Positions 41,777 to 51,700 are shown, counted from the first letter of the stretch. The stretch is DNA of 64,000 bases from Candidatus Moraniibacteriota bacterium (GCA_016699385.1 CP064974.1:596466-660465), one strand, 5' to 3'. Notes: a model not told the origin generated them from the sequence alone. Numbers and translations are program-made.

Positions 41777-42392
41777 TATCTATCTGATTCTGCACTACCC
41801 GCCTTTTCTCTTGGCGATACTTCAAAATACCTGGAAGAAAGGAGAGAATGATAATAACAATGACAATCGGGAGAATATAGCGATCAACATCGGGAACCAC
41901 TCGCCCGAGGAAGAACCCACCGAGAAGCAGTCCAAATGACCAGAGAAAACCACCAATCACATTGTAGAAAAGAAACTCTCGGAAATTCATCCGTCCGACA
42001 CCGGCGAGAATTGGTGCAAAAGTACGAACGATCGGCATAAATCGTGCGAGTACAATAGTCTTCGCGCCATAACGATTGAAGAAGTCTTCCGCTCGTCGAA
42101 TGTGAGATTTCTTGAAAAGCAATGATTCCTCGCGACTAAAGAGCGCTGTTCCCATACGAAGTCCAAACATATAGCCAACAACATTTCCCAAGACCGCTGC
42201 GGTAAAAACAATCATGAGAAGTATCGGGAGAGACAATACCCCACCGCTCGCCAGAAGCCCCGCAACAAACAAAAGGCTATCCCCTGGCAAAAAGAATCCG
42301 AGAAATAACCCTGTCTCGGCAAATATGACCGCAAAAAGACCAATATAGCCGATAGTGAGAATAAACTCCGAGAGATTGACTCCGGGCAACAT
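41757..42392 (-). CDS. dedA: DedA/SNARE-associated family membrane protein
   Basis: GYIGLFAVIFAETGLFLGFFLPGDSLLFVAG is the DedA signature; the start is refined to the ATG at 42392. Confidence 0.85.
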   Translation of the reverse strand: MLPGVNLSEFILTIGYIGLFAVIFAETGLFLGFFLPGDSLLFVAGLLASGGVLSLPILLMIVFTAAVLGNVVGYMFGLRMGTALFSREESLLFKKSHIRRAEDFFNRYGAKTIVLARFMPIVRTFAPILAGVGRMNFREFLFYNVIGGFLWSFGLLLGGFFLGRVVPDVDRYILPIVIVIIILSFLPGILKYRQEKRRVVQNQIDNGSVDE

Positions 42393-42481
42393 AGCAATTT
42401 CATTAGGCGAATAACCCCCACAGTATAAGCAACTTCTCAAGAAAAAGGAAGGGCACCTCTTGAATTCACTCAAGAATACCC

Positions 42482-43228
42482 TCATCTTCCATTCCAGTGA
42501 AGAAGCTTCTTTTCGAGTATCAAAAAGCACATATTGAGCGCATAGCCAACAATACCAGAAAGCAAAATTGCCGCATACATTGTGGGAATTTCATAGGTGA
42601 CTTGAGCATCGATAATCCTTCGTCCCAATCCCGACGATGTCCCAATAACCATTTCTGCAGCAACAATGACCACGAGTGACATACTCAAAGCACTGCGCAA
42701 ACCAACGAATATCTGAGGGAGACTCTCCCAAAAAAGCACCAAACGAAATATCTGCGTCTCTGTCGCGCCCATAATGGTCGCTGCGAGTATGCGAGATTTT
42801 TTCGCATACATAACACCGTGAGCAGTATTAAAAATAATCAAGAGCATCGAAGTAAACGCAGCAACAGCTATTTTCGATGCATCCGTGACTCCGAAAACAA
42901 GAAGAAATAAAGGGAAAAGCGCCGTTGCCGGAGTCGAACGAAAAAAATCAATAACAAATTCTATACTCCGATACATTGTCTCCATCCGACCAAGCCAGAG
43001 TCCGAGCGGTATTCCAAAAATTAGCGCCGCAAAAAATGCACTCAAAACCCGTCGCAATGTGACGATACTATCTTCAAACAATGATCCATTCAAAAGAAGC
43101 TCTGCTAATTTTCCAAACACTGCGATTGGATCTGGCAGAAAGAATGTGTCTACAAATCCAAACCGCGTCACGCCCCACCAAAGCGCAAAGAACGATACGG
43201 GACCAATTATCATGGCGTATCTTCTCAT
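42482..43228 (-). CDS. ABC transporter permease (NitT/TauT nitrate/sulfonate/bicarbonate family)
   Basis: 248 aa, 6 TM, with the EAA-like loop of BPD_transp_1 (SsuC/TauC/NrtB-like). Confidence 0.85.
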   Translation of the reverse strand: MRRYAMIIGPVSFFALWWGVTRFGFVDTFFLPDPIAVFGKLAELLLNGSLFEDSIVTLRRVLSAFFAALIFGIPLGLWLGRMETMYRSIEFVIDFFRSTPATALFPLFLLVFGVTDASKIAVAAFTSMLLIIFNTAHGVMYAKKSRILAATIMGATETQIFRLVLFWESLPQIFVGLRSALSMSLVVIVAAEMVIGTSSGLGRRIIDAQVTYEIPTMYAAILLSGIVGYALNMCFLILEKKLLHWNGR

Positions 43229-43974
43229 AAGCGAGCTTCTTTCTGAAACAAGGCAAGAACTGAATCTTTCGTTTGATGGAACATCTCTGTTTTGAGAAGT
43301 TCCAATGTTCTCGGATACGGCAAGGGATTCTCAATCTCTCCGGCGACCACCGTTGGACGTTGAGAGAGTACAAATATTCGCTTGCCGAGATGCACTGCTT
43401 CCTCAACGTTATGCGTCACCAGAAGAGTCGTGGGATTAAATGCAGAGGTATATTTCTGCAAGTGTTCCCGGAGTCGAAGATTATTTTCATAATCAAGTGC
43501 GGAGAATGGTTCATCAATAAGGAGTACTCGGGGACGCATGATGAGAGCTCTCATGAAAGCAACGATTTGCTGTTCACCGCCAGAAAGTTGATACGGGTAT
43601 CCTTCCCAAGGACAGTCGAATTCGAAGAGCTCCTGAAGTTCCCGCATGCGCAGTCGCATTGTCCTACGACTCTCCCTGCGAATTTCAAGTGGAAGAATCA
43701 CGTTTTCAAAGTTCGTCCGCCACGGGAAAAGTGACTCGCGATAATTTTGAAAAATATAGCTGATGTGAAGACGATCGATACCGTCCATATCTACCGACCC
43801 GCCATCTTTTGGCACTATACCGGAAAGGATATTAAGAAGCGTCGACTTTCCCGATCCATTCGGACCAAAAAGTACTGATATACTCCCGCTGCAAACATCC
43901 ATACTGAAATCTTGGAAAATCGAAATGTCTCCAAAGGATTTTCTCAAATGGCGAACGGACAAAGTGCCTCTCAT
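43225..43974 (-). CDS. ABC transporter ATP-binding protein (SsuB/TauB/NrtD-like)
   Basis: Walker A GPNGSGKST, LSGGEQQ signature and Walker B LLIDEPF; 4-nt overlaps with both neighbours. Confidence 0.9.
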   Translation of the reverse strand: MRGTLSVRHLRKSFGDISIFQDFSMDVCSGSISVLFGPNGSGKSTLLNILSGIVPKDGGSVDMDGIDRLHISYIFQNYRESLFPWRTNFENVILPLEIRRESRRTMRLRMRELQELFEFDCPWEGYPYQLSGGEQQIVAFMRALIMRPRVLLIDEPFSALDYENNLRLREHLQKYTSAFNPTTLLVTHNVEEAVHLGKRIFVLSQRPTVVAGEIENPLPYPRTLELLKTEMFHQTKDSVLALFQKEARL

Positions 43975-44999
43975 AGTGCCGACGGGTCGTAAAGAAGTTT
44001 CCGAAAATCGAGATGCTCTTTCACGATATTCCGCGTAGTAAAAATGTCGAGAAACGTCTGCGTTGCAGTAATATCATTCTCGTCAAGAGCACTGTACATC
44101 CGAAATCGAGAAATCGGCACAATCTTTATCATATCGTCGTCGAGAGCGGTATATCCTTTGAGATACTGTCGTGCCGCATCGGGATTGTCATTAATTTCTG
44201 CGACTGCTCGCCCAAATACTTCGAGCACCTTCTGAGCCACCTCTGGATTTTCCATCGCAAAATCTTTTCGGATAACTCCGACGCCAGAATAAAACGGATT
44301 GGAAATAGATTTCGTCGTCAAGTGATCCATCATCTCTTTGCCGATTCCTTTTGCTTTTACCACAGTCGGAATCGGTTCAACTGTGATAAGTGCATCTACC
44401 TGACCAGCCGCAAGCGCTTGCAACTGAAGTCCAAGAGGCAATTCAACCAACGTAACATTTTTGCCTACAATGAGGTCATGCTTCGCCAGAATATCACGTG
44501 CGATGGCATCCCATTGCACGCTCCCCGCTACAATGCCAATACTCTTACCATTCAAATCTTGAAATGACTGCAGTGGACTATCATTCCCAACAAGCAAGGC
44601 ATCATTTTGAACGACATCATCCCCACCGCCCACAGAATAGATGAGGAGTTTCCTGGGATTTTTCGAATCAGCAATACCGACGACACCCGTTGCCGCAGAG
44701 GGCGGCGTGATATCCACCCTTCCCTGCAAGAGAGCGTCGATTATTTGATTTGGCGCTTCGAATTTCACGAATTCCGCATCAATTCCCACCTCTTCGAAAT
44801 AACCTTTCTCTTTTGCAAGATAGAACGGCAGCCCTTGTACGACCGGCATCGTAGTTATCCTCACCGTTGTCATTTCTTTCTTCCTCTCTACAGCAGAAGA
44901 GGGGTTGTTCTCTTGGTCTTCTTTTGGGCGATTGCTGATAAACCACCCACCTGCAAGAACCAAGAGCACCAGTATCATGCCTCCAAATATCCTCTGCAT
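43971..44999 (-). CDS. ABC transporter substrate-binding protein (NMT1/SsuA/NrtA-like)
   Basis: Signal/TM anchor then an NMT1-type [11 protein letters not shown] binding fold; the ATG at 44999 inside ORF 43971..45083. Confidence 0.75.
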   Translation of the reverse strand: MQRIFGGMILVLLVLAGGWFISNRPKEDQENNPSSAVERKKEMTTVRITTMPVVQGLPFYLAKEKGYFEEVGIDAEFVKFEAPNQIIDALLQGRVDITPPSAATGVVGIADSKNPRKLLIYSVGGGDDVVQNDALLVGNDSPLQSFQDLNGKSIGIVAGSVQWDAIARDILAKHDLIVGKNVTLVELPLGLQLQALAAGQVDALITVEPIPTVVKAKGIGKEMMDHLTTKSISNPFYSGVGVIRKDFAMENPEVAQKVLEVFGRAVAEINDNPDAARQYLKGYTALDDDMIKIVPISRFRMYSALDENDITATQTFLDIFTTRNIVKEHLDFRKLLYDPSAL

Positions 45000-45081
45000 A
45001 TATTCTTCATAATTATTGATTAAAAAACACTGCCTGCCACAAGAAAAACCCGCGTCGCTTCGGGCACAGTATAACAGAAAC

Positions 45082-45111
45082 AAAACATCCCCGACATACC
45101 GAGGATGTTTT
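45082..45111 (-). terminator. terminator after rplL
   Basis: AAAACATCC-12 nt-GGATGTTTT 9-bp stem 25 nt downstream of the rplL stop, with T-rich sequence following on the minus strand. Confidence 0.5.
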
Positions 45112-45135
45112 GAAAACTACTCAAAAAACCAAGAG

Positions 45136-45561
45136 CTACTTCAGTGTCACGGTTGCGCCGGCATCTTCGAGCTTCTTTTTCATGGTTTCGGCATCTGCCT
45201 TTGCCACTTTTTCTTTCACAATCTTTGGCGCGCCATCAACCAAATCCTTCGATTCCTTAAGTCCGAGACCGGTGATTTCACGGACAGCCTTGATCACATT
45301 GATCTTCTGACCACCCGCTGCTGTCAGCTCGACATCAAAATCAGTCTTCTCTGCCGGAGCCTCCGCACCAGCTGCGGCACCTGCCGGCATCGCACCACCC
45401 ATCATGACGGGTGCCGCTGCCGACACGCCAAACTTCTCTTCAAGTACCTTCACGAGCTCGGACAAGTCCAAAACACTCATCTTCTCGATTTCTTCGACAA
45501 GCTTCGCGAATTTCTCCGGAACAACCACTGCTTTCTTCTCTTCAACTTTTTCCTCAGTCAT
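45136..45561 (-). CDS. rplL: 50S ribosomal protein L7/L12
   Basis: 141 aa with an Ala-rich hinge and a conserved C-terminal domain (…[16 protein letters not shown]…). Confidence 0.95.
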   Translation of the reverse strand: MTEEKVEEKKAVVVPEKFAKLVEEIEKMSVLDLSELVKVLEEKFGVSAAAPVMMGGAMPAGAAAGAEAPAEKTDFDVELTAAGGQKINVIKAVREITGLGLKESKDLVDGAPKIVKEKVAKADAETMKKKLEDAGATVTLK

Positions 45562-45594
45562 ACGAAAAATATTAGGGAAATTAACAAGGAAACA

Positions 45595-46110
45595 CTAGCC
45601 TTTCTGTTCAGCAACCTGCCGGAGTGTACGAACCAATCCCGAGAGATTTCCCGAAAGCGTCCGAGCAAATCCAGAAATCGGTGCCATAAGCGTCCCGGCA
45701 AGCTGTGCCCGAAGTTCCAACAATGATGGAAGCTTCGAAAGCGCTGCTACCTCATCTGCTGACAACGCTTTGTCTCCAAGCGATCCTGCCGCAATGACGA
45801 GTGCTTTGTGCTTCTTGGCAAACTCAACCAGCACCTTTGGCGCGGTCACCTCGTCCGGAGAAAACGCCGCAACAATCTGCCCTTCAAGCGCCCGTACGTC
45901 CACCTGAACCCCAACCGACTTGAGCGCAATCGAAAGAAGCGTCTTCTTCACTACGCGAAGCGAGCCACCACTTTTCCGAAGTTCCCGCTGAAGCTCCATG
46001 GACTCTTTCACGGTAAGACCGGCATACTTCGCAAACACGACTGACTTTGACGAACGCACTCGTTCCGTCACATCGCCGACGATATCTTCCTTCTGTTTCT
46101 TTGTCTGCAT
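45595..46110 (-). CDS. rplJ: 50S ribosomal protein L10
   Basis: 171 aa immediately upstream of rplL. Confidence 0.9.
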   Translation of the reverse strand: MQTKKQKEDIVGDVTERVRSSKSVVFAKYAGLTVKESMELQRELRKSGGSLRVVKKTLLSIALKSVGVQVDVRALEGQIVAAFSPDEVTAPKVLVEFAKKHKALVIAAGSLGDKALSADEVAALSKLPSLLELRAQLAGTLMAPISGFARTLSGNLSGLVRTLRQVAEQKG

Positions 46111-46383
46111 AGATTCTTTTCAAAATAGACTTTTCTCCAAGGAAGTTCGACCCTGCTTCCTTTTATCCTTCCTCTTTTCTTGGAAGAAGTCATCTCCTAC
46201 ACGCTCTTCTACAGAACGCTTATAAGAAACGATTGCTTCCAAAAAATTGTGAACTTGAATACTCACCTTCCATACCTGTTTGGTAAGCAAAGAACAGCCG
46301 CCTTAACAGACCCCAGGGAATCTCAATAAGAAAGAAACTCCTCCAAGAAACCAGGCGATACCCTGCCTCCCACAAAAGAAAAA

Positions 46384-46408
46384 CAAAAAAATCCGCGATT
46401 TCCGCGGA
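46384..46408 (-). terminator. terminator after rpsP
   Basis: TCCGCG-atttc-CGCGGA stem with A7 on the plus strand, i.e. a T-tract on the minus strand. Confidence 0.5.
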
Positions 46409-46530
46409 CATTTTCTCAAAGAATGCAAAAGTTCAAGTGACACTTGCATTCTTTCCTCGTGAGGACTTGTCTTCGTATTGAAGCGCCTCATGTCTGCGGA
46501 AAACTCTACTCGAAACTATTGTAAGGAGCA

Positions 46531-46896
46531 CTATGCTTTCGCTTCTGTCTCACTCTTCTCTGTCTCGCCCTTTTCTGCCTTCATCTCAACCTTTGCTTCC
46601 ACGGCTTCTGTCGGAGCTTCTTTCGCGACTGGTTTCGGCATTTTCACTGCGCGCTTCCCCTCAGTCAGAATCCCTTCTCGAACGAGAAGATTGTGCGCCG
46701 TATCCGAAGGCTGTGCCCCTCGCTCAATCCAATGCTGTATCCGCTCGCGTTTCAACAGCGTCTGCTTGGAATAGGGATCGTAGCTCCCCAAAACCTCGAC
46801 ATGCCGACCGCCTGGCGCCACGGTATGTTCCTGCAACACCACTCGATAACTCGGGCGGTTCTTCCTTCCTGTTCTATTAAATCGAATAGTCAACAT
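46531..46896 (-). CDS. rpsP: 30S ribosomal protein S16 (with a Lys/Glu-rich C-terminal extension)
   Basis: MLTIRFNRTGRKNRPSYRVV is the canonical S16 N-terminus. Confidence 0.9.
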   Translation of the reverse strand: MLTIRFNRTGRKNRPSYRVVLQEHTVAPGGRHVEVLGSYDPYSKQTLLKRERIQHWIERGAQPSDTAHNLLVREGILTEGKRAVKMPKPVAKEAPTEAVEAKVEMKAEKGETEKSETEAKA

Positions 46897-47008
46897 AAAA
46901 AATCGCTCTTTTTAAGGCTTCCTCCACTCTAGCGCGAGAATAAAAACCTGTCAATACTCGTATATATCCTTAATTCCCAAGAGGTGAGACTCTTGGTAGG
47001 ATAGAATC

Positions 47009-49042
47009 ATGAAGGCCCCAACACAAGATCACTCAATCCTTCTCCACATTGTCCCCCTTGTGGCACTTTCACCGGAAAAGTCGCCGTTTTTCTCATACCG
47101 GTCAAGCAAAGACCTTCCTCGCGGATCTGTTGTTTCAATATCATTCGGACCGAGAACCGTCCGCGGCATTGTCTGGGGACGAGAGTTGTCACACACTTCA
47201 CCGTCTTTCTCATCGCGAAGACCGTTTCAATACAAAGACGTTGGGAAACTGCTCGCGAGAGCATTCCTCCCCGAAAGCGCGCTTTGCCTCGCAGAGCATC
47301 TCTCCTGCGCCAATTCCCTCGCTCTCGGCACCATACTTCCCAAATTCCTCCCAAAGATATTTCCCAAAGAGCACGATATACTTTCAACAGACTCACCAAA
47401 AAAGCTTCGCCCATGGAAAAAGCTCTCCATACAGAGAAAACTCTTCACACTCACACGAGAACAAAAACAAGCGACAAAAAACATACTTACCTCCACTCAT
47501 CCGCATACCCTTCTCTTTGGACCGCCAGCATCAGGCAAAACATTCGTGTACTTCGAATGTATCCAGAAGCTCCTCGCAAAAGGCAGGCAGGCGATTATCC
47601 TCTTCCCCGACAAATCCATTCTCCTGCAGGAGCACGATCGCTACGCAAAAATATTTGGAGAGAATGCGCTCGCTGTTTTTCATCCCGGGATGAAAACGTC
47701 TGAGCGAGATGCGCTGATTCATCGCGTACAAAGTGGCGACATCCGAATCCTCCTCGGCACTCGATCAGCACTCTTCCTTCCCTTTTGCAAGCTTGCCCTC
47801 GTCATCGTAGACGACGCCGGCGCTCCCTCATACCAGAAGCAGGGCATCATCCTGCCATACGAGGTGCATCGCACAGCAGAGAAATTTGCAGAACTCCATC
47901 ATGCACATTGCCTCTTCGGCTCTTCGGCGCCATCATTTGAAATGTTTTTCACCGCGCGCAAATCAGGAGGACTTGTGACGCTCCCCGCCTCACCCACTCG
48001 ATCCATATCCTTCCACACTATCAATCTCCGATTCGAACGCTGGAAGAAAAAGCTCGCCCCCGTATCGGAAGAACTTGGCAACGCTCTTGCTGCTACGATT
48101 GATCACAAAGAACAGGCACTCCTCTTTGTCTCCCGCGAAGGCATGAATTCCTTCTCCATCTGCACGGAATGCAAGACCGTCTTCAGATGCTCTGACTGCA
48201 AGAAACCCCTCGCCTACCGAGCAGAAGGCGATTATTTTTGTATTCACTGCAAGAAAACGCTCGGCGCAACGCCTTCATGCCCTGCCTGCGGGTCGCTCGC
48301 CTTTCAACACCTCGGCGCAGGAACCGAGCGCGTCGAACGAGACCTCGCCCGTCGCTTCCCGTATATCCGCACCGTCCGATACGACCGAAAGAGCGCCACT
48401 CAGAAAACAACCTTCTCTCGTGTGCAAGAATTCATCGCAGGAACACGAGACGTACTCATCACCACCGAGCACGGCATACGCGGTTGGGACTTGCCCCGCC
48501 TCTCACTCATTGGTATCATAGATGCGGACACGCTTCTCGGCGCTCCCTCATGGGATGCAGACGAAATCGCACTCCGAAATATATTCTCCGCAAGCGGACG
48601 GGCAGGGAGAGGACGCAACAAAGAATCGGGACAGGGGGATGTTTTCATTCAGACATTCCATCCCGAAAACCCGCTCTTTTCGCTCCTTGGCACAGAAGAT
48701 CTCGAAGGATTCTTCCGAACCATCGAGGAGGAGCGCCAACTCTTTCTCTACCCCCCTTTCGGCACAATGACCAAACTCATCGGTCGATTCACAACCACGA
48801 AGAAACTCTCCCAAGAAGTTGACCGCGTATACGAAGCGCTCCAGGCATATGCAACAGAATCCGGTCGCACACTGCGCATTTCTCCACCATCCCCGATCCG
48901 CAAAACACCGCAAACTTCAAAAAGTCGCTTCTTCGAACAACACATCCTCATTCGGCAGTCCCGTTCGTCCAAAAAAAATCTCCCTGCCTTCGAAAACTTC
49001 CTCATGACACTTCCTCATGGATGGACAAAAGAAAGTGAATAA
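47009..49042 (+). CDS. priA: primosomal protein N' (PriA helicase), divergent motif II
   Basis: 3'BD and winged-helix N-terminus, Walker A GPPASGKT, Cys-rich zinc-binding region (CTECK…CSDCK…CIHCK…CPACG); DDAG replaces the DEEH box. Confidence 0.85.
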   Translation: MKAPTQDHSILLHIVPLVALSPEKSPFFSYRSSKDLPRGSVVSISFGPRTVRGIVWGRELSHTSPSFSSRRPFQYKDVGKLLARAFLPESALCLAEHLSCANSLALGTILPKFLPKIFPKEHDILSTDSPKKLRPWKKLSIQRKLFTLTREQKQATKNILTSTHPHTLLFGPPASGKTFVYFECIQKLLAKGRQAIILFPDKSILLQEHDRYAKIFGENALAVFHPGMKTSERDALIHRVQSGDIRILLGTRSALFLPFCKLALVIVDDAGAPSYQKQGIILPYEVHRTAEKFAELHHAHCLFGSSAPSFEMFFTARKSGGLVTLPASPTRSISFHTINLRFERWKKKLAPVSEELGNALAATIDHKEQALLFVSREGMNSFSICTECKTVFRCSDCKKPLAYRAEGDYFCIHCKKTLGATPSCPACGSLAFQHLGAGTERVERDLARRFPYIRTVRYDRKSATQKTTFSRVQEFIAGTRDVLITTEHGIRGWDLPRLSLIGIIDADTLLGAPSWDADEIALRNIFSASGRAGRGRNKESGQGDVFIQTFHPENPLFSLLGTEDLEGFFRTIEEERQLFLYPPFGTMTKLIGRFTTTKKLSQEVDRVYEALQAYATESGRTLRISPPSPIRKTPQTSKSRFFEQHILIRQSRSSKKNLPAFENFLMTLPHGWTKESE

Positions 49043-49061
49043 CGCTGTTTTTCTGAAAAAT

Positions 49062-49541
49062 ATGACTACCATTCTCCCTATCGTGACCGGCAGAGATACC
49101 GAGATACTTCACCGAAAAGCCGCTCGCGTGAAAGACCCGCTCTCACCCGACATTCAAAATCTCATCCCCGTCATGTTTGATTCTCTTCGTGTTGCGGAAG
49201 GAATCGGACTTGCCGCGCCGCAGGTTGATCATTCAATTCGACTCGCCGTCATCGAGATTGAAGGTGATCGAACCGTGCTCATCAATCCAAAGATTACTTC
49301 TTTCTCCAAAGAAAAGATTCTCTTCGAAGAAGGATGCCTCAGCCTCCCCAAAGAATACTTCCTCATCGAACGCTCCGAGAAAGTGACTCTCCGCTACGAA
49401 GACGAACACGGCAAAGAAATTAAAAAGCGAGCCACGGGACTTTTCGCTATCGTCGTCCAACACGAAATCGACCACCTCGACGGCATCCTCATCGCCGATC
49501 GATTCAAAAATCAGAAACAGAGAAAACACTACGCTCTCTAG
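49062..49541 (+). CDS. def: peptide deformylase
   Basis: GIGLAAPQ, EGCLS and HEIDH motifs; ATG at 49062 inside ORF 49017.. Confidence 0.9.
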   Translation: MTTILPIVTGRDTEILHRKAARVKDPLSPDIQNLIPVMFDSLRVAEGIGLAAPQVDHSIRLAVIEIEGDRTVLINPKITSFSKEKILFEEGCLSLPKEYFLIERSEKVTLRYEDEHGKEIKKRATGLFAIVVQHEIDHLDGILIADRFKNQKQRKHYAL

Positions 49542-49639
49542 AAAACATACAGGGAAGGAGAAGCTTGAAAGCAGGATTAGGCAAGAAGAAATCTCTATAA
49601 GAAGTTGTCACAAAAACACGCCCTTTTTGTACTGTTTTT

Positions 49640-49705
49640 CGGGAAAAATTGTTTTTTTGCGGCTTTCGGAGCAAGCGGAGACAAGCAAAAAAACAATTTT
49701 TCCCG
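49640..49705 (+). repeat. perfect 21-bp inverted repeat (stem-loop) between def and fmt
   Basis: CGGGAAAAATTGTTTTTTTGC (49640-49660) and its exact reverse complement (49685-49705), with a 24-nt loop; no U-tract follows. Confidence 0.6.
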
Positions 49706-49795
49706 AAAACAAGCTTATCTTACAAACTCCAAAAGTTTTCCAAGAAAAATATTCTACAGAATACAAATTTCCTCGATATACTAAGAGAAAAAATT

Positions 49796-50755
49796 ATGTC
49801 AGAAGCATCGAGCACCCGCGTAGTGTTTATGGGAACACCACACTTCGCAGAAACAATGCTCCAATCAATCGTCGGCGCGGGCTACAATGTTGTCGCTGCA
49901 TACACACAGCCCGACCGTCCGTCCGGTCGCAATCAAGAAGTTGTACAGAGTCCCGTCAAGATATTTGCCGACACGCACAGCATACCCGTCGAACAACCCG
50001 TCCGATTCGATAGTGAAGCAAAAGAAATGTTGCGCGCTCTCAAGCCAGACATCATCATCGTTGCTGCCTATGGGAAAATTCTCCCACAAGAAGTACTCGA
50101 CATTCCTCCATTCGGCTGCATCAATATCCATGCCTCCCTCCTTCCTCGCTGGAGGGGCGCTTCGCCAGTTCAAAATGCTCTCCTTGCCGGTGACACCGAA
50201 ACCGGTGTCACTATCATGAAAATGGACGCTGGTATGGATACCGGAGCAATCTTCAAGCAGAAAACTGTTCCCATTGACCCACTCGATACCACTGCTACCC
50301 TCCTCCCAAAACTCGCCAAAGCAAGCACCGCACTTCTCATTCCCACACTTGAGAAATGGCTCGACAAAGAAATAGAACCAACACCACAAGAAACTTCTGG
50401 CATAACCCTCTGCCAACTCATAGAGCGTGAAGACGGAAAAGTATTCTGGAGCGATGAGGCAGAATCGATATACAATCGTTACCGGGCACTTTCTCCCTGG
50501 CCTGGGATTTTCTCGTTCTGGAGAAAGGATGGCTCTCTCCTTCGCATCAAATTTCACAGCATTTCACTTCAGAAGCAAAGTCCAGAAATACACCATGATC
50601 TTGGACAGGTATTTGAAATTGGCGAGACTCTCGGGGTCGCAACCACACGCGGCACCATCCTCCTTAATGAAATCCAGCTTGAGGGAAAGTCCTGCGTCTC
50701 CGCCAAAGATTTCATCCGCGGATACCCCGACTTCGTTGGAAGCATACTCGAATAA
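49796..50755 (+). CDS. fmt: methionyl-tRNA formyltransferase
   Basis: N-terminal formyltransferase domain (…GTPHFA…HASLLPRWRGASP…) and C-terminal domain; ATG at 49796. Confidence 0.9.
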   Translation: MSEASSTRVVFMGTPHFAETMLQSIVGAGYNVVAAYTQPDRPSGRNQEVVQSPVKIFADTHSIPVEQPVRFDSEAKEMLRALKPDIIIVAAYGKILPQEVLDIPPFGCINIHASLLPRWRGASPVQNALLAGDTETGVTIMKMDAGMDTGAIFKQKTVPIDPLDTTATLLPKLAKASTALLIPTLEKWLDKEIEPTPQETSGITLCQLIEREDGKVFWSDEAESIYNRYRALSPWPGIFSFWRKDGSLLRIKFHSISLQKQSPEIHHDLGQVFEIGETLGVATTRGTILLNEIQLEGKSCVSAKDFIRGYPDFVGSILE

Positions 50756-50762
50756 GAACGCT

Positions 50763-51599
50763 ATGCCACAAGAAAAAGGTTCGAAAGACGCCTTTGTAAT
50801 TTTTTTGGGACTCGCTCTGGTTATTAGTATTGGAGCATGGTCACTTTTTCGTTCAAAGAATAATCAACAATCCAACAAAAGCATCTCGAATGACACTGTC
50901 CAGCAAGAAATCGCCAGCGACTTCCACACTATCACACTCCAGAAGCTCCAAGATATTATTTTACAAAAAGAGCCCGACAGCGGAACGAGAATCATCGATA
51001 CGCGCCCGACATCACTCTGGGCGGACGAGCACATCATCGGTTCCGAAAGCCTCATGATCGAAGATGCCGAGCAATCTCTCCAGCCAACCGATGCTGAAAA
51101 ATCACAAAATTGGGTCATTGTCGCACCAAGCACCTCTTCGGCGGGGCAGCTTGTTGCACTCTTGCGGACACGTGGCATTCCCGACGAGCATATTTTTGTA
51201 TTCGACGGAACCTACGAATCATGGAAAGAAAAGACCGGACTCATCATACGCCGCGCCGATCCCACTTCCTCCCTTGACGTCACCAAGGTCACGCTCACTT
51301 CTCCCGAAGAAGCGAAAACAAAAATCGGCAGTGGCGGACAATGGTTCATCCTCGATATCCGCTCTCCCGATCTTTTTTCCAGCGGACACATAGCTGGCGC
51401 CACCAACATTCCTTTCGCAAGCATCGAGGCAAATCGCCACATCATTCCCTCAACGGCGAGCATACTCGTCTACGGTGCCAACGACCGCGAGAGCTTCGCT
51501 GGCGGAGTCCTCCTTTTCGACCTCGGTTTCTTCAATACTATCACACTCTCCTCTGGATTTGACGAATGGAAAACAAAGAATCTCCCTGTGGGGAAATAG
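50763..51599 (+). CDS. membrane-anchored protein with two rhodanese-like domains lacking the catalytic Cys
   Basis: N-terminal TM helix and two rhodanese folds in which the CxxGxR loop Cys is replaced (…VIVAPSTSS…, …LVYGANDRES…). Confidence 0.6.
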   Translation: MPQEKGSKDAFVIFLGLALVISIGAWSLFRSKNNQQSNKSISNDTVQQEIASDFHTITLQKLQDIILQKEPDSGTRIIDTRPTSLWADEHIIGSESLMIEDAEQSLQPTDAEKSQNWVIVAPSTSSAGQLVALLRTRGIPDEHIFVFDGTYESWKEKTGLIIRRADPTSSLDVTKVTLTSPEEAKTKIGSGGQWFILDIRSPDLFSSGHIAGATNIPFASIEANRHIIPSTASILVYGANDRESFAGGVLLFDLGFFNTITLSSGFDEWKTKNLPVGK

Positions 51600-51626
51600 C
51601 AAAGATACCTTCGACAAAAAAATTAT

Positions 51627-51656
51627 AAAACGACTCTTTCTGCTAAGAGTCGTTTT
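51627..51656. terminator. bidirectional rho-independent terminator
   Basis: AAAACGACTCTT-tctgct-AAGAGTCGTTTT between the convergent rhodanese-like gene (+) and groES (-). Confidence 0.7.
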
Positions 51657-51700
51657 ATGTCAGACGTGTTCAAAGTATCGAGACCAATACCATTCAAAGA

